Assembly: GCA_040954595.2 (NCBI GenBank)
Contig: CM082593.2
Coordinates: 5,535,434-5,599,433 of the forward strand
Reading direction: 5' to 3'
Source: Balanoglossus misakiensis
Lineage: Eukaryota; Animalia; Hemichordata
DNA length: 64,000 nt
Shown here piece after piece: positions 52,101 to 64,000 of the stretch. The number at the start of each line of letters is the position of its first letter. The first letter of the stretch is position 1. Both the position numbers and the translations under genes were made by a program. The notes beneath the pieces are model-generated. The model ran no database searches. It was given only the letters and a program-made list of their open reading frames with translations, and was not told where the DNA came from.

Positions 52101-53820
52101 GATGATGACAAGTTGACTAAAGCGTTGAACGGATTAAAGTTGTATGACTGTACAATGAGGAAATAAATTCTTAATCAGTGACTGACTGGTCGGTGGATTT
52201 GGACTGAAACTTTTTGTGTGTGACTGGTTCCTGCTTTGTTATGTCTGAAATCATATTTTGAAAAGTTGAGAGCTGATAGAAATAGAAGTGCATATTCTTA
52301 TGATCACAGAGAACAAGAAAACAATGGAGGAGACGATGTCAGTTTGTCGTCAACAGTCAGCGATTTTTCCGTGGCACAAACGATCAAAAATAACAGCAGA
52401 ACCGAAGACAGTGACTCAAGTGTTGGTGAGGATTTCAGTCATCCTTTTCAGCTCTGAAACTCAGCAAATCGCTAACGAACTAAGCTTCCAATCTAATAAA
52501 TGCTGTTTGCTGTACACAACAATCTTTGACGAACGAAGTTGACCCATTTACAGATGTGATACTATCTCAAAGTACATGTGACATTTAAAGTCTGTATTGT
52601 TATGTGTTTGAGGTCACTGAGGGTAAAGGTTAATATTTCACTCCTGACTCATGCCACATGAATGAGAACATTTCTTTGTTCCCAGGGACCAGAAAGGAGT
52701 TTGATGACTACTGTAAACTTTTCATTTTGCTGAGATACTTTTCATTCATTATTTCATTGAACGACAGTTATTTGATTCCATCTGGGTGGACTAGATAATG
52801 TTATTGGATAGCCTGGCCTTGGCACGTATCTCGAAAAAGCACATTGAAAGTTGTGATTTTGTTGCAGAATGGTGTAATATCTGTTGTCATCTTTGCACAT
52901 ATATGTAGGTGGAACTCTGGATTGTACAAAATACAAAATCTGGATCAGTATAGCACTAGTGGGAACTGCCCACACACTGTGGCCCCCAGTAATGACAGAG
53001 TTGCTCTAGATAGAACTGCCCCAAATAGAGGTGCAGACCTTGTAGTGTGTATTTACATATTGTATTATTAACACCTGCTTTTGCAGCCCATAGTCTACCA
53101 ATGGAGATGCCAACCTCTCCCCTGAAGCATTACAAAAGCAATTATTATGATGATGACAGTGGAATTGTGAGATCAGGTAAAGGCTTAGAATATTTATCTA
53201 GTGCCGATAGAGTGATGATGTCATTTGTAAGTGGCAACTTTGTCATCGACGGTGCCTTGTTGATGCTGTAGCTTTATGTGATGAAATTTCTGTCAGATGA
53301 AAAAACGAGACTACCCAGGTTATGTATATTTCTCTGTTGCAGTAATGCAGCTAGTTTCCCATAAAACAGCTGTGCTGACAAATGGTAAATAGGACATATC
53401 TGAGTCAGATAAGTCTCTAGAACGAGTACATTTTAACTGATCTAGAAGCGTGTGATGAAAAACAACCAACAGAATAGGTTAACTGGAATGTACTTACGTA
53501 TTGTTCAGTGGACAGTAGATTCTGACGTGGTCGGTACATGCAAAAACGTGTGGATAAATATGAACCAAGGAATATTCGTGTTTGTTTAGACACATGCTTT
53601 TGTCGGTACCTGATGCCTCTGTCCACTTGAATTCATTCCAGGTTTCACCTATTACCTTTGACCCTGAATGACATCATAGGTCAGCACGGGGTCAGGGTTC
53701 AAAGGGTTGCACTTGTTTGTGCCAGGGCTGTTTTGAACTTACGAGTTACAGAAAACATGAGAGAAATCAGACCAAAGGACGTATGCCTCATGAAGATGAT
53801 GGTAAACTCAACTAACTGAA

Positions 53821-53855
<35 letters not shown>

Positions 53856-56800
53856 TTTAGCCTCAACGAGTAGTTTCCACACACCATATCCCTCACCAGG
53901 CACCTCTGTCTCCAGTACTACCTCAGATAGCTGGCACAGGCGTTATTTGCGACACCAAGCGACCAGTATAGACTTCCGTCGCCGGTCGACTGAGCTGTCT
54001 AGCACGTCGAGTCTTACCAGTGAAGATGTGAGTAAAGTTTGGCTGTGGTTTCTAATTTTTAACGTGTGTGGCTATGTCTAGAATTTTGCTGTGTCACGCT
54101 GTTTTTTCATTCCCCTTAAATTTTTACATGGGTGTTACTGTACTCTTGTTTGCACACAGGCCTCACTAAGCAGACACCGGAAACAGAAGATAGGAGTCAG
54201 CATCATCATATCTCTGTGCAGCGACAAGGACGACAGCCGGAACAAACACTTCCAGACTTTCTTCTTCTCCCACTTTCCGCTCTTTGAGCACCACTTCTAC
54301 AAGCTGGGAATCGAAGTGGAGAAGTCGATACAGCAGAAGAACAATTGTATATCGGCGATGTTCAAAGTAGGTGGAGTTTGTGCGCAAGAGACTTTGAGAG
54401 AGAGAGCAAGAGTGAGAGCGAGGGAGAGATAGAGAGAGTGAACTAACTCAGGGATAGGGGTTACATAAATAGTACCTCCAAGACTATAATTGTGACTGTT
54501 TTTTGCACAAACATCAGAAATGTATGAAACCGTTTTTTGGACATTTCAGAAATGTATTAAATTTTTCTTTTCGTGAACTACTATAAATTTCATTTGAAGA
54601 TATGCGGGACCATGATCATTTTCGTTACCTTAATCTTCACAGGCCCTCGACTCTTTCCGTAATGGAATCCGTCTTTTGTATACTGCACCACGCATACAAG
54701 AACCGGTCTGGTTGAACATGACCACGTGCTACAACCAACACGGTCAGCTGTGCGATAAATTCATGAAACAACTCGTGTTGGCGCTGGACCAGTACGAAAA
54801 CAAGAACACCAACTTGTAAGTAGATGTCTCCAAGTTTCACACATAGGCCGGTTGGAATGTTCAGTATACTTCTAATTTGGTTAACGTTGATTGATATGAA
54901 AGATTCATGTGTCTAAACAGTACATGGCAGTAACTTTTCAACTTCAATTTTTTTTTTCCAGTTTTGTGAGTCGTCTTGTGACAGCAGTACTTATGAATCA
55001 CCTTGCCTGGGTTCCCACGGTTACGCCCAGTGGAAGCGCACCTAGCCAATTATACTTAGCCAAACATTCGTCCGACAAAGTGAGTCAACATCGTCAGTTT
55101 CTTTGTCATTGTCTTTTCTCTGCTTTTGGCAAGCACCTTTTGGAAACCATGGTCATGGTTAGAACCAAAATGGAATAATATGTGGTCAATATTCTTTCAA
55201 TAATGATTGTTTTCTTACTTATCTTGTTTCAGTTGGATGTGCTGGCCAAAACACACCCATATAATCCACTCTGGGCACAGCTAGGGTGAGTATTTTGTAT
55301 CAATCTGGTTGCATGCAGATATTTGTCAGACTACTCTCATCTGAAATACACATTTCACCCTCACTCCCTCAATAAGGGTCCAACTTTACCACAGAAAACA
55401 ATGGATTTGGACCAATCCATGATGGTGAAAGGGTTAAACTATGTCTGGTTTCTCACACACACACCGTGGTATTTAGAGAATTCTCCATGTACAATACATG
55501 TAGATGTAACAGTTGATTTCAATCTTCCTTTTCCAGAGACCTGTACGGAGCGCTGGGAGTTCCAATCAAAACAGCCAAAACTGTGGTTGTGGGAAAGAAG
55601 AGTGACGTCATCTGCAGGCTACTGTACATCCTCAGTTATTTCATCCGGTGCAGCGAAGTCCAAGAGAACCTCGAAAAGAGGCAGTCTATCTCGGAAGATG
55701 ACATGTTTGGAAGAGACACTCCAATGTTCGAATGCCCTCTGGACTTTGAAGGGTCTGAGTTTGTCATGGTAGATTTGCTTCAAAGTAAAGACTTACAGAG
55801 AAGGAAGGAGGAGAGCTGTGCAAACAAGGACTGCAAGGAAAGCAACAGCGGCGACAATCTAACTGTCAGTACCCATGGAAACGGTGATGTTGACTTTAAC
55901 GATGGAGACAGTGGTTGTCAAGCGGATGTGCTTAGTGACGCGAGACATTCGGAGAGTGTTGTCATGGATACAGCAGAGGATAGCAAGTGTTGTCAGGAGA
56001 GGACTGAGGATATGAAAACAGGCAGTGAACATTCAGAAACTGCGAGTGAGGATCAGGATACGGAGGATGCAGAGAAAGAGTTGCCTAGCAACGACGACGC
56101 AGCTGTAGAAGAATCTCAGGAAACAGTGCAAGGATGTACCAATTTACAAAATAATAACAGTAAATTTCAATGCAAAGTATCACCAGTCAGCTGCTCGGAA
56201 CACAGAGTTGAACACTTGATTTCTGTCGGGAAATCGTCGGTTGCAGTTGATGAAGTTGTCACGGAGGGTGTGACAGGCTTTGAGAAGGACGTGTCAGATG
56301 AGGACATGAGCAAAAGGACATCAGAGTCTGAACTCCAAGGTGACGCTTCCGATGTGAAAGTTGCTCCTCATATACCTCTTGCGGCGAGGGCGTATCGCCG
56401 TCTGGGATCCACGGAAGGAAGCTGCAGTCTGTTCGACGAGTACTTCACGGAGGAGTACCAGGAAGAAGCGCTGGAAGGCATCTCGGAGAAAGTGGCGACG
56501 GAAGAAACGGAGTCTCGCGGGAACGGCGTCGCGGATAATTTGAATACGGAAAAAGCCGAGAAGTCCGGCGTGCAGAGTGAGCAGTCGTGCGTAGATGACG
56601 AAACGGCGCGGTCAAACTGTGATGAACACGAGAAATGCGAGACGGAGGACGAGAAAACCACGAGCGGTAAATTTGAAAGCGACAAGGAGAGAAGCCAGGA
56701 CAGCGCCGTGCTGAGTCTGCCAATCAGCGAGGACAACTCGGTTCCCAGCGAACCATCAACACCGACCACGAGTCACGCAGTAGTGAGGCCCAGGACTCTG

Positions 56801-58388
56801 GATTTTTATAGCTGCCCGCCGACTTTGAACAGAATGATCTCGCGCACGTCGAGTGACTTTGATCCGCGGGAATTGAGCAGAATGCTTTCCAACACATCCA
56901 GTGATTTTGATCCCTTTGGTAATCCGGAGGAGTTACCCTTACCAGGGTAAGTGTTAATCCGATGTCTTCAAATTTCTTTTGTACAGGACAAATCATTTCA
57001 GTAGGATTCAAAATTAGATGTGTATTATCTACTTTCTTTCACATTTCAAACAGACTATGGACTATCTCATCTGCATGTGTTGGAGTTGGTTTGTGAAAGA
57101 GGAGGGGGGGGGGTGGGAGGGGAGGGGAGATAGACAGAAAGATGCAGGGTGGAATAATCACAGACTGACTCTGACAACTGACGTCCAAGAATACCTCATC
57201 CCACATGCAACCAAACGTTCAATGCAAACCATTTTTCTCTTGATTTGTCAAATGTAGAACTGATCAAGTTTTGTCGTCAGTGGAGAACCAGACCCGATTT
57301 GAGGCCAATTTTGGCCGTTCTCTACTCGGTGGATATTCGTCCCACTACCTGCCAGACTTTGCGCTCCACGGCACGAAGGAAATCAACAGAAATGAAGTCA
57401 TAGATGAACTCAAGTTGACAGTACAGGTAAGTCTTATTCTTCTGGTGTAACTTTTTCCCGGGTGGCTTAGTGAACTTTGACCTTAATGATAATTTATTCA
57501 TTCACAACATTGGTTTGAGTGTTCCCAACAGACAAGTTGTGGAATAACTGTTCTGTAAGGGCTGATATCTGAAGCCTGCTTGTGTCTTTCCGTTACTTGA
57601 GAGTATATAATACATCCCATGTTAAACACTGTGTTCTCTTTCTCCCTAGCATTCAGTGTTAGATGAACACATAGCAGAAGCTGTATGCATCGTAGGTGAC
57701 ACTGAAAACTGGAAAGTTGAGCTGCTCTCCAGCCAGAGCACCAAGTCTGCACCCACGGACAAAATCAAAGAAGTAGAGGTCACTGTGTCCACCATCGTGA
57801 TGGATATTCTGCACTCTGTCAGCAAGTTGTGGCACCTCAAAATGCCCCCAGAATTTGTAAGTACTGAAAACAAAACTTTCCTTGAGAAATCTGGTTATTT
57901 TTGTGTGGCTATGCTGACTCATAGATTAGAACATCATAGGGATGAGTATTATAAAGGCAAGGTGGCCCTCATGGATTCTATTGCAAAACCAAAGTGTACA
58001 ACAGGGTTGATGTTATCTCCTGGTATGTTTCCCTTGTAATATGTCTGTTTCCCCGAGAAAGAACTTTACTGAGCAAGCTGTTGATAAGTGCAGCCTTGTA
58101 CAAGTAAAAAAGATCAGAGCATGTATTTTGTGACAGGCTATATTTTCGGTTGGTAAAATTTCTTGAATGTCCATCTCTCTGCAGTGCGTGACGCACCTGG
58201 AAGACCGACTGCAGGAATTGTTTTTCAAGAGCCGGGCCCTGGCCGAGTACCTCAACGTGAACCGCAACACGAGCACCAAGGAGATATCCGCCATCCTGGG
58301 CATCAACCCCAGCGACGTCGAACTCCTGTTCAAAGTGACGTGCATCCATTCTCCGTGGGCGGCCAATAGCCTCGTCAATCTACGATGA
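49137..58388 (+). CDS. FNIP1/2: Folliculin-interacting protein (FNIP1/2 orthologue), ~1131 aa, 15 exons
   Basis: Exons 49137-49225, 50594-50714, 51347-51454, 51880-52043, 52310-52425, 53087-53176, 53861-54027, 54160-54366, 54643-54815, 54962-55079, 55233-55285, 55537-56946, 57258-57426, 57650-57856, 58185-58388; phases consistent. Motifs: [104 protein letters not shown]. Confidence 0.95.
49709..49758 (-). mobile_element. Degenerate tRNA-derived SINE head (Pol III A/B boxes) in FNIP intron 1
   Basis: Minus strand TGGTGGAGTGG (A-box-like) followed about 22 nt later by GGTTCGATCCC (B-box); no full cloverleaf. Confidence 0.3.
53821..53854. repeat. (TGT)n microsatellite at an FNIP splice acceptor
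   Basis: Runs directly into ttttttag|CC at 53860/53861. Confidence 0.9.
55351..55437. mobile_element. MITE, same family as 9437-9541, in an FNIP intron
   Basis: TTTCACCC..GGTCCAACTTTACCACAGAAAACAATGGATTTGGACCAATCCATGATGGTGAAAGGGTTAA. Confidence 0.6.
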
Positions 58389-60113
58389 TGATTGCTGTGT
58401 GCGTTGCCAGACTTTATCTGTTGTGTGGCTGTATAGACAGCCAGCCGGGAAGGGCGGTGATATTTGCCGAGCGCGACTGGACTGCAATTGCGATGGGTAA
58501 ACAAGAACTTAAAGCAGACGTCCGAGTTATTTGGGGCAGTGGGAAGATGTGGAAAGACTGAGCACCCACAGCTGTGTCGTGAAACTTTTATGCGACTTGG
58601 AAGACGTTCCTGATTTAGCAGTACACTGGCTCTGTGGGTACTCCACGAAAAACCCTGAGTGAAAGAAGTTTGTCATCTGTTAAAAACATTCCTCTATGAT
58701 TGAGATGTTTGAGAGCATAAGTTTTATCTATGCCACGTTGGCGTTACTGAGCATCTATTGATGGCTCTCAAGAACACAGCTACGATGCAAAGTGAACCGT
58801 CGCTTCGCACGAGCGTGGCTCCTACCACCAAAAGAACAAGTGGTCCCTAGGAAAAGAATGAAAGAAAGAGTGAAAGAAAGATTCCCATTTTCCAAAACTT
58901 TTCTGAAGGTGTTTGTGATCCGTTTCGTGTAACATGGACAAATACTTTTGCCTATCACTAGATTGGTGGCAGTTTATGGGTAGTAATCAGAAAATATTTA
59001 TGAACTCTTCTTCTACGATTTCTTCTTTTGTGAAAGCAATGCATTTATTTATTTATTTGGGGGAAAATGGATGGTAATCAGCCAATTTTTGTTTCAATTT
59101 TCTGATCTGGGAAAAGGGGTTGTTATTTGAAAAAAAATGTTTCATTTACGGTTTTTGTTTGGGATTCGAGTTGAGGGTTTGAAAAAAGGGTATGGGGGGG
59201 GGCTATTTAATATGAATTACAAAATTTGGTAAAATGATCAAAAATTTAAAAAAAGTGTAAGAAATAGATTTATCAACAAAGGATAAGTGTTTATGAAGAA
59301 ACATGAAAAAAATAAATTTCTCAACCGTTTCTAAAAAACATATATGAAAGTGTACTAATCAAAAGTCCATACAAAGCCCGCAGCTGCAATAAATATACCC
59401 GTCAGGGAGAAATTAGTATGACTAAAGTTGGTGCTATTGTGATATCAAATTTGGGATATCTTGGAGATTCTTGCCCACAAAGATTGTAATTACTTCTTTT
59501 CTTGAATCAATTTTTTTTCAGTTACCGGTATTTATTATTCAGACTTAATTTCTGACAAATCCCCCAGACTTTTTTGTTTCGTTTTGTGGCTGACAGATGG
59601 AATTTTTGTCAAGGGTGATTTCCTAGTGGCTAAGTAGTTTTCAAGTAGCTTAGGGAGTTGCATGTAGACTTTCAAGTGGCTTAGGGGGTATTGATTTTCG
59701 ATTGCTTAGGGAGTCTTATTTAAATCATCTGCATCTAGGCATAGTTGTCCGACTCATTTACATGTTGGAGTGAGAGCAAGCTGGATTTTCCAGTAAAGGC
59801 AGTATTTTGCCGCAACTTTTACGTACACATTTGCAGGAGACTTTCATGTCTTTACAAGTTCAGTAATCAGCTGTGAAATATTTAATTTCCGTGATGTCAT
59901 GTTGTTGCCAAGTTCTTCAAGCACAGTGCATCACAATAGTGCAATTGTACCCCCTATGTTTCTAATATTTAAATCCTTTCTGACGAGGTTTGATTTCTTC
60001 ACCTCAGAACGTCATCCGTAAAGCGTACAGTGCCAGCTTGTGTTAATTTTTCTATGCAGAATGCAAATAATCAATTTTAATATTTGTAAATATGTAAATA
60101 TAAAATAATCAGA

Positions 60114-60312
60114 AATAAAACAGTAAACTTTGGAAAGATGAAATACTGTATGTTGTTGTGTGATCTGATTGTCTCAGTGTTCATTGTGTGAATGTCATCA
60201 TACAGAGATTCTTAAAGTTACAAGAATACCAAAGAACTTGACAGTGATTATTTTTTCTGACCGTGTTTGTAGAATTGAAAGGCTAAAATTTTCAGAGGAC
60301 ATTTTCTTTATT
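60114..60312. terminator. Convergent poly(A) signals of FNIP (+, AATAAA 60114-60119) and DDX46 (-, TTTATT 60307-60312)
   Basis: Canonical hexamers at the ends of AT-rich 3'UTR-like tracts; the FNIP signal is followed by GT-rich sequence. Confidence 0.45.
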
Positions 60313-60895
60313 TTTTCTACATACACATAAAAAGTAGAGTCACTCATAACCGAGGTACGGAATCTTTAAAAATCAATGATTGTGGATGATACATTGGCAA
60401 TGGACTGCTCTGATGAAACACACTTGAATGGATATTCGCGATTCTATTCAGTGAAGCTGTGAAAGACATGAATGCACGCACAAAAATTTAACTATTTAGC
60501 ACACAGATTATAGTTATGAGTCCATAGCCATCCTAGTTGGTCACAAAAATTGGCGGACTGCCAAAAATGCAAGTAAGGTCCATGGATCCATATCTACCAT
60601 TAGTAATGTCCATCTTGAAAATCGCATTTCCTCGTGACCAATTAATCAATTAAAAAGAAAAGTCACTGAAGTATGACTGAAAAGAAAGGAGGACTTAAAA
60701 TCCACGCAGACATTTCTCTTTATATCGATGATATCGATGTTGAGATCACATGAATATTAATTGGCATAAAAACAAGGCAAGTGATCAAGTATGGGATCCG
60801 TCTGCATGTCCAGGTATTTCAAGTGTTTGATCTTCTGGAGTGCGGACACAAGAGACTGATTTGAAATCAGTACTTGTCTGAGTAGACATGTACTC

Positions 60896-63736
60896 CTACA
60901 ACACTTTGTATCTTCCTTTGTTGGTCGGTTGATATGAGTGTTGCTGAAAAAGAAAGAGAAAAATAAAAATGTTTATTGAGCGGAGGGCAGAACGACTGTT
61001 TATTAAGCTCAGCAAATTCAGAGATGTAGATTTCTTTATGATACATGTCCCCTTTCATCGAAATAAAATCTCACAACAAATTGTCACTTACCAATCGTAT
61101 TAATTCTTCTTTGATCAATCTCGTAATCTCCTTTTTGGCTTTCTGCACTGCAAGTTCTGATGTGCCTGAAATTTGAAGGATAAATGTCAGCCATGTTTAA
61201 AAAGAACTTCTGTATTGTACAGTAACTGTGCACGCTGATCAGAATCAGTCAATTGGAAAAAAAAAAAACACAAGGAACTTACTCTCAATTGCCAAGTACA
61301 GTTTCCTCTCTCCTTCCTTGGGCTCTTTTCCCGGAAGGATATATGTCCCCCTGATTGTTATTCCTGCCTCGCTGTATTCCTGGATCTGAGCAAGGTTCTC
61401 CTGTATTGACATAAACAGAATAGACAAAAACAATCAGCATCAGACCAGTAATACTATTAAATACTAGAGTTTAGACCACTTGCACTTTCAGATAAATTGC
61501 GAAACTTCTAGTACGTCTCCTTCCAAATCAAAATGAATATTTCAATTCTACAAAGGTATACACAGTACAAAGCTTCACAAGAACATATCTGGATTGAAAT
61601 TACAGCATGGTCAAAACACGTAGACATACCTTGCTATACTCCGACTGCTGTTATCTACGGCGTTCTATCCTACAAAACGTTCTTGTATTTCTACAGTACG
61701 CGGAGTTCCGATACGCCCGATGTGTGCGCGAGTTCATGTATGTGTGTGTCTATGAACTGAGTGACTGAAGGTCTATGTGTGGCTGGATGCCAAAGTATTT
61801 GCATAATTTCTTCTCTGCTTTGATTTCATGGTGGATGGACCTCCAAAATTAACGTAAAATTACATCATATCACCATTTCAAGGTGAAAAGTGCACAATAA
61901 TGGTGTAATAAAGATTGCATGCTAGTCCAATACACGACTGCACCCTTTCAAGATGACTTGGGAAAAAATCCCACATCCAAATGGAATCATAGGTCACCAG
62001 GAGGGTCAGAGTGCAAAGGTCAAATCCACCCACCTTTGATGTAACTTTCCATCTGGCTGTCTGTGGGAAGTCATTGATCTCCAACTCTTCTTCATATTTA
62101 CGGAATGTCTCTGTCTGGGCGTCGTTGCCGTTCTGCTCATCAGCTTCAGACGGCGGTCGGTAGTTGAGTTTGGCATTGATTTTCTCAGCCATCTGCTCTG
62201 CTATTGTCTTGGCCTGAAATCATGAAGCAACACAATACGATGAAATACAACAAAGACTCTACTATGCCATATATTATTCACAGAAATCAGTTTGCCACAT
62301 AGAAATCATATTTTGTCAAAGCCACTTAATTCAACATTACAACTGATTCGATTACACACTTCTATTTGCCAAACATGACAGAAAGCTGCCATCTTGATAG
62401 TCTGCCGATCACATGAAATTTTAACCACTCACCTAGGGAGCAAAAACCTGTTTAACCCCTTGACTACCCAGAGTGCCAGAAATTTCTGGCACCATATTTA
62501 ATTGCTATATACATGTACCTTGCATGCTGGATAATTGCGGGGCAAATTAATCAGGATCTGTAGTTTGTTTGGTATATAGGGTTCATGGCTGATGGCAGTC
62601 AAGGGGTTAAGGTAGTGAAAATTAGAAGATTTGGTTTGCAATGATCAGCCACTCACCGACACAGTGGGGGCAGCCAGAGCACCGCCTTTCATAATAGCCT
62701 GAGTGGCCTGCTGCATGATGTCTTTGGAGCCCTCTAAGTTTCTATTGATGCGCTCGGCGGTCAGTTTGGCAAGTTCCAGCTTCTCCGTGTTGACACTAGA
62801 GAGCGGAGCGGCCGCCTGAGCATTGCCGGCAGCGGGCGTGGCTGCTAGGGCCGGGTTGGTTCCCACTGGCACTGTCACATCCTTCACACGTTTCTTGGAT
62901 GCGAACATGACTTCTATTTGTTGGTCAATCTGTAATGGACGAAAGTAGTCACAACACCAGACTCTGAATTAAACGTCTCTCTAGTTTCATTTACCTTTCA
63001 TAGATTAACGCAAATCACTGAAACAACACAGCTAGAGTAACAGCCAGTGTTAAAAAATTCCAACATATTCCCAACATTTTGTCACCATAAATAGACCTGA
63101 ATTTTCAAAATGAGAGGGGGGGGGGTGGTACTTACATCCACACCAGCATCTTCCTCATCAGAGTCTTGCAATCCAAGCGCTTGTTTCTGGAGTTTTTTCT
63201 TCTCATTTGCAAGTTCTTTCTCAGTTTCATCAAACTTGAATCCCTTGCCACTGAACCCGCTGCTCTTCATAATCTTCTTTCCTTCCTGCATTTGATCAGA
63301 AAGAATTTTCACTGCTGATAATACTTCTTGAATCTGAAAGTTTTACTTGTAATTATTCCAAGTCTGGGCAACTGACAGCCCCTCTGAAATTCACATCCAT
63401 TATCTTTGGAACTAAGCCTCATCAAGCAGATGTTCAGCCAAAAATTATTTTACTTCTTTCACACTCCATGGCAAAACACACAAAATTTTTGTGATTTTGC
63501 AACTTATCTCTTTGGGGAGGTAAACCTGCTAAACAAATCCACAGTATAAAAACCTATGCAAATAACCCCTTACATTCTTCTGCCTCTCAGTGAAGTCAGT
63601 CCACATTTTCACCACATTTTCCGGTGGTTTCTGTTCGGCTAATTCAAACGCCTTGCAGACATCCCCAGCATAACTTTCTTGATCAGGCGTTAGGAATGTG
63701 TAGGCAAAGCCTTTGTTACCGGCTCGACCGGTGCGA
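60896..63736 (-). CDS. DDX46: DEAD-box RNA helicase DDX46/Prp5, last 7 coding exons (5' part beyond the right edge)
   Basis: Exons 63736-63574 (motif VI RTGRAGNKG), 63285-63136 (SSGFSGKGFKFDE), 62929-62657, 62213-62034 (YEEELEINDFPQTARWKVTSK), 61400-61283 (EYSEAGITIRG), 61165-61092, 60943-60896. Ends SYQPTNKGRYKVL*, as in human DDX46. Confidence 0.96.
62452..62610. mobile_element. TTAA-flanked MITE (piggyBac-like) in a DDX46 intron
   Basis: TTAA CCCCTTGACTACC ... GGCAGTCAAGGGG TTAA (12 of 13 TIR bases match); internal 20-bp palindrome GTGCCAGAAATTTCTGGCAC. Confidence 0.7.
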
Positions 63737-63788
63737 CTACATTGTGAGAAAGGAAAAAAAGAACTTGATGATCCATAACATATGAATA

Positions 63789-63870
63789 TACAGTAAAACC
63801 TCTCTAAACCGAACATCAAAGGGACTGAAGAAATTGGTTGGTTTGCAGAGGTGTCTGGTTTATAGAGGTT
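63789..63870. mobile_element. Tc1/mariner (pogo/Tigger-like) MITE end
   Basis: TA followed by a CAGTAAAACCTC terminus; internal inverted repeat AACCTCTCTAAACC / GGTTTATAGAGGTT. Confidence 0.45.
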
Positions 63871-63933
63871 CTTTCAAGTCAACGTATGTGGTTCTATGTC
63901 AAATGGATGGGAAAATAATGAACTGCTTTTTTA

Positions 63934-64000
63934 TATTGTATTGTATTGTATTGTATTGTATTGTATTGTATTGTATTGTATTGTATTGTATTGTATTGTA
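63934..64000. repeat. (TATTG)n microsatellite
   Basis: Pentanucleotide array running to the window end. Confidence 0.97.

Noticed and set aside
1-64000. Prokaryotic-type systems (CRISPR arrays, operons), rRNA and tRNA genes
   Set aside because: The sequence is spliceosomal-intron eukaryotic DNA. No spacer-repeat arrays, rRNA or complete tRNA cloverleaf were seen.

Overview
Eukaryotic, intron-rich DNA of roughly 40% GC, most likely from an invertebrate deuterostome (inferred from gene content; the species cannot be determined). I rebuilt eight genes by hand, checking splice sites and reading-frame phase. On the minus strand: the 5' part of a transmembrane MACIT collagen (COL13/23/25-like, running off the left edge), MZB1/pERp1, a divergent Mab-21-family gene, and the 3' part of DDX46. 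On the plus strand: Dickkopf 1/2/4, two tandem uncharacterised 7-TM genes, and FNIP (15 exons). The rest is microsatellites, short TTAA-flanked MITEs and regulatory DNA. Three observations stand out. (1) The tandem 7-TM proteins have an inverted, N-in/C-out topology like gustatory-receptor/7TM ion channels, a CxxC..CxxC N-terminus, a conserved YGSI sorting motif and a perfect CLEAR box in one promoter, suggesting lysosomal 7TM channels next to FNIP. (2) A hidden in-frame 180-nt acidic, Tyr-rich exon lies inside MZB1. (3) The Mab-21 protein has lost all three metal-binding positions. No database searches were run; family calls rest on recalled motifs.
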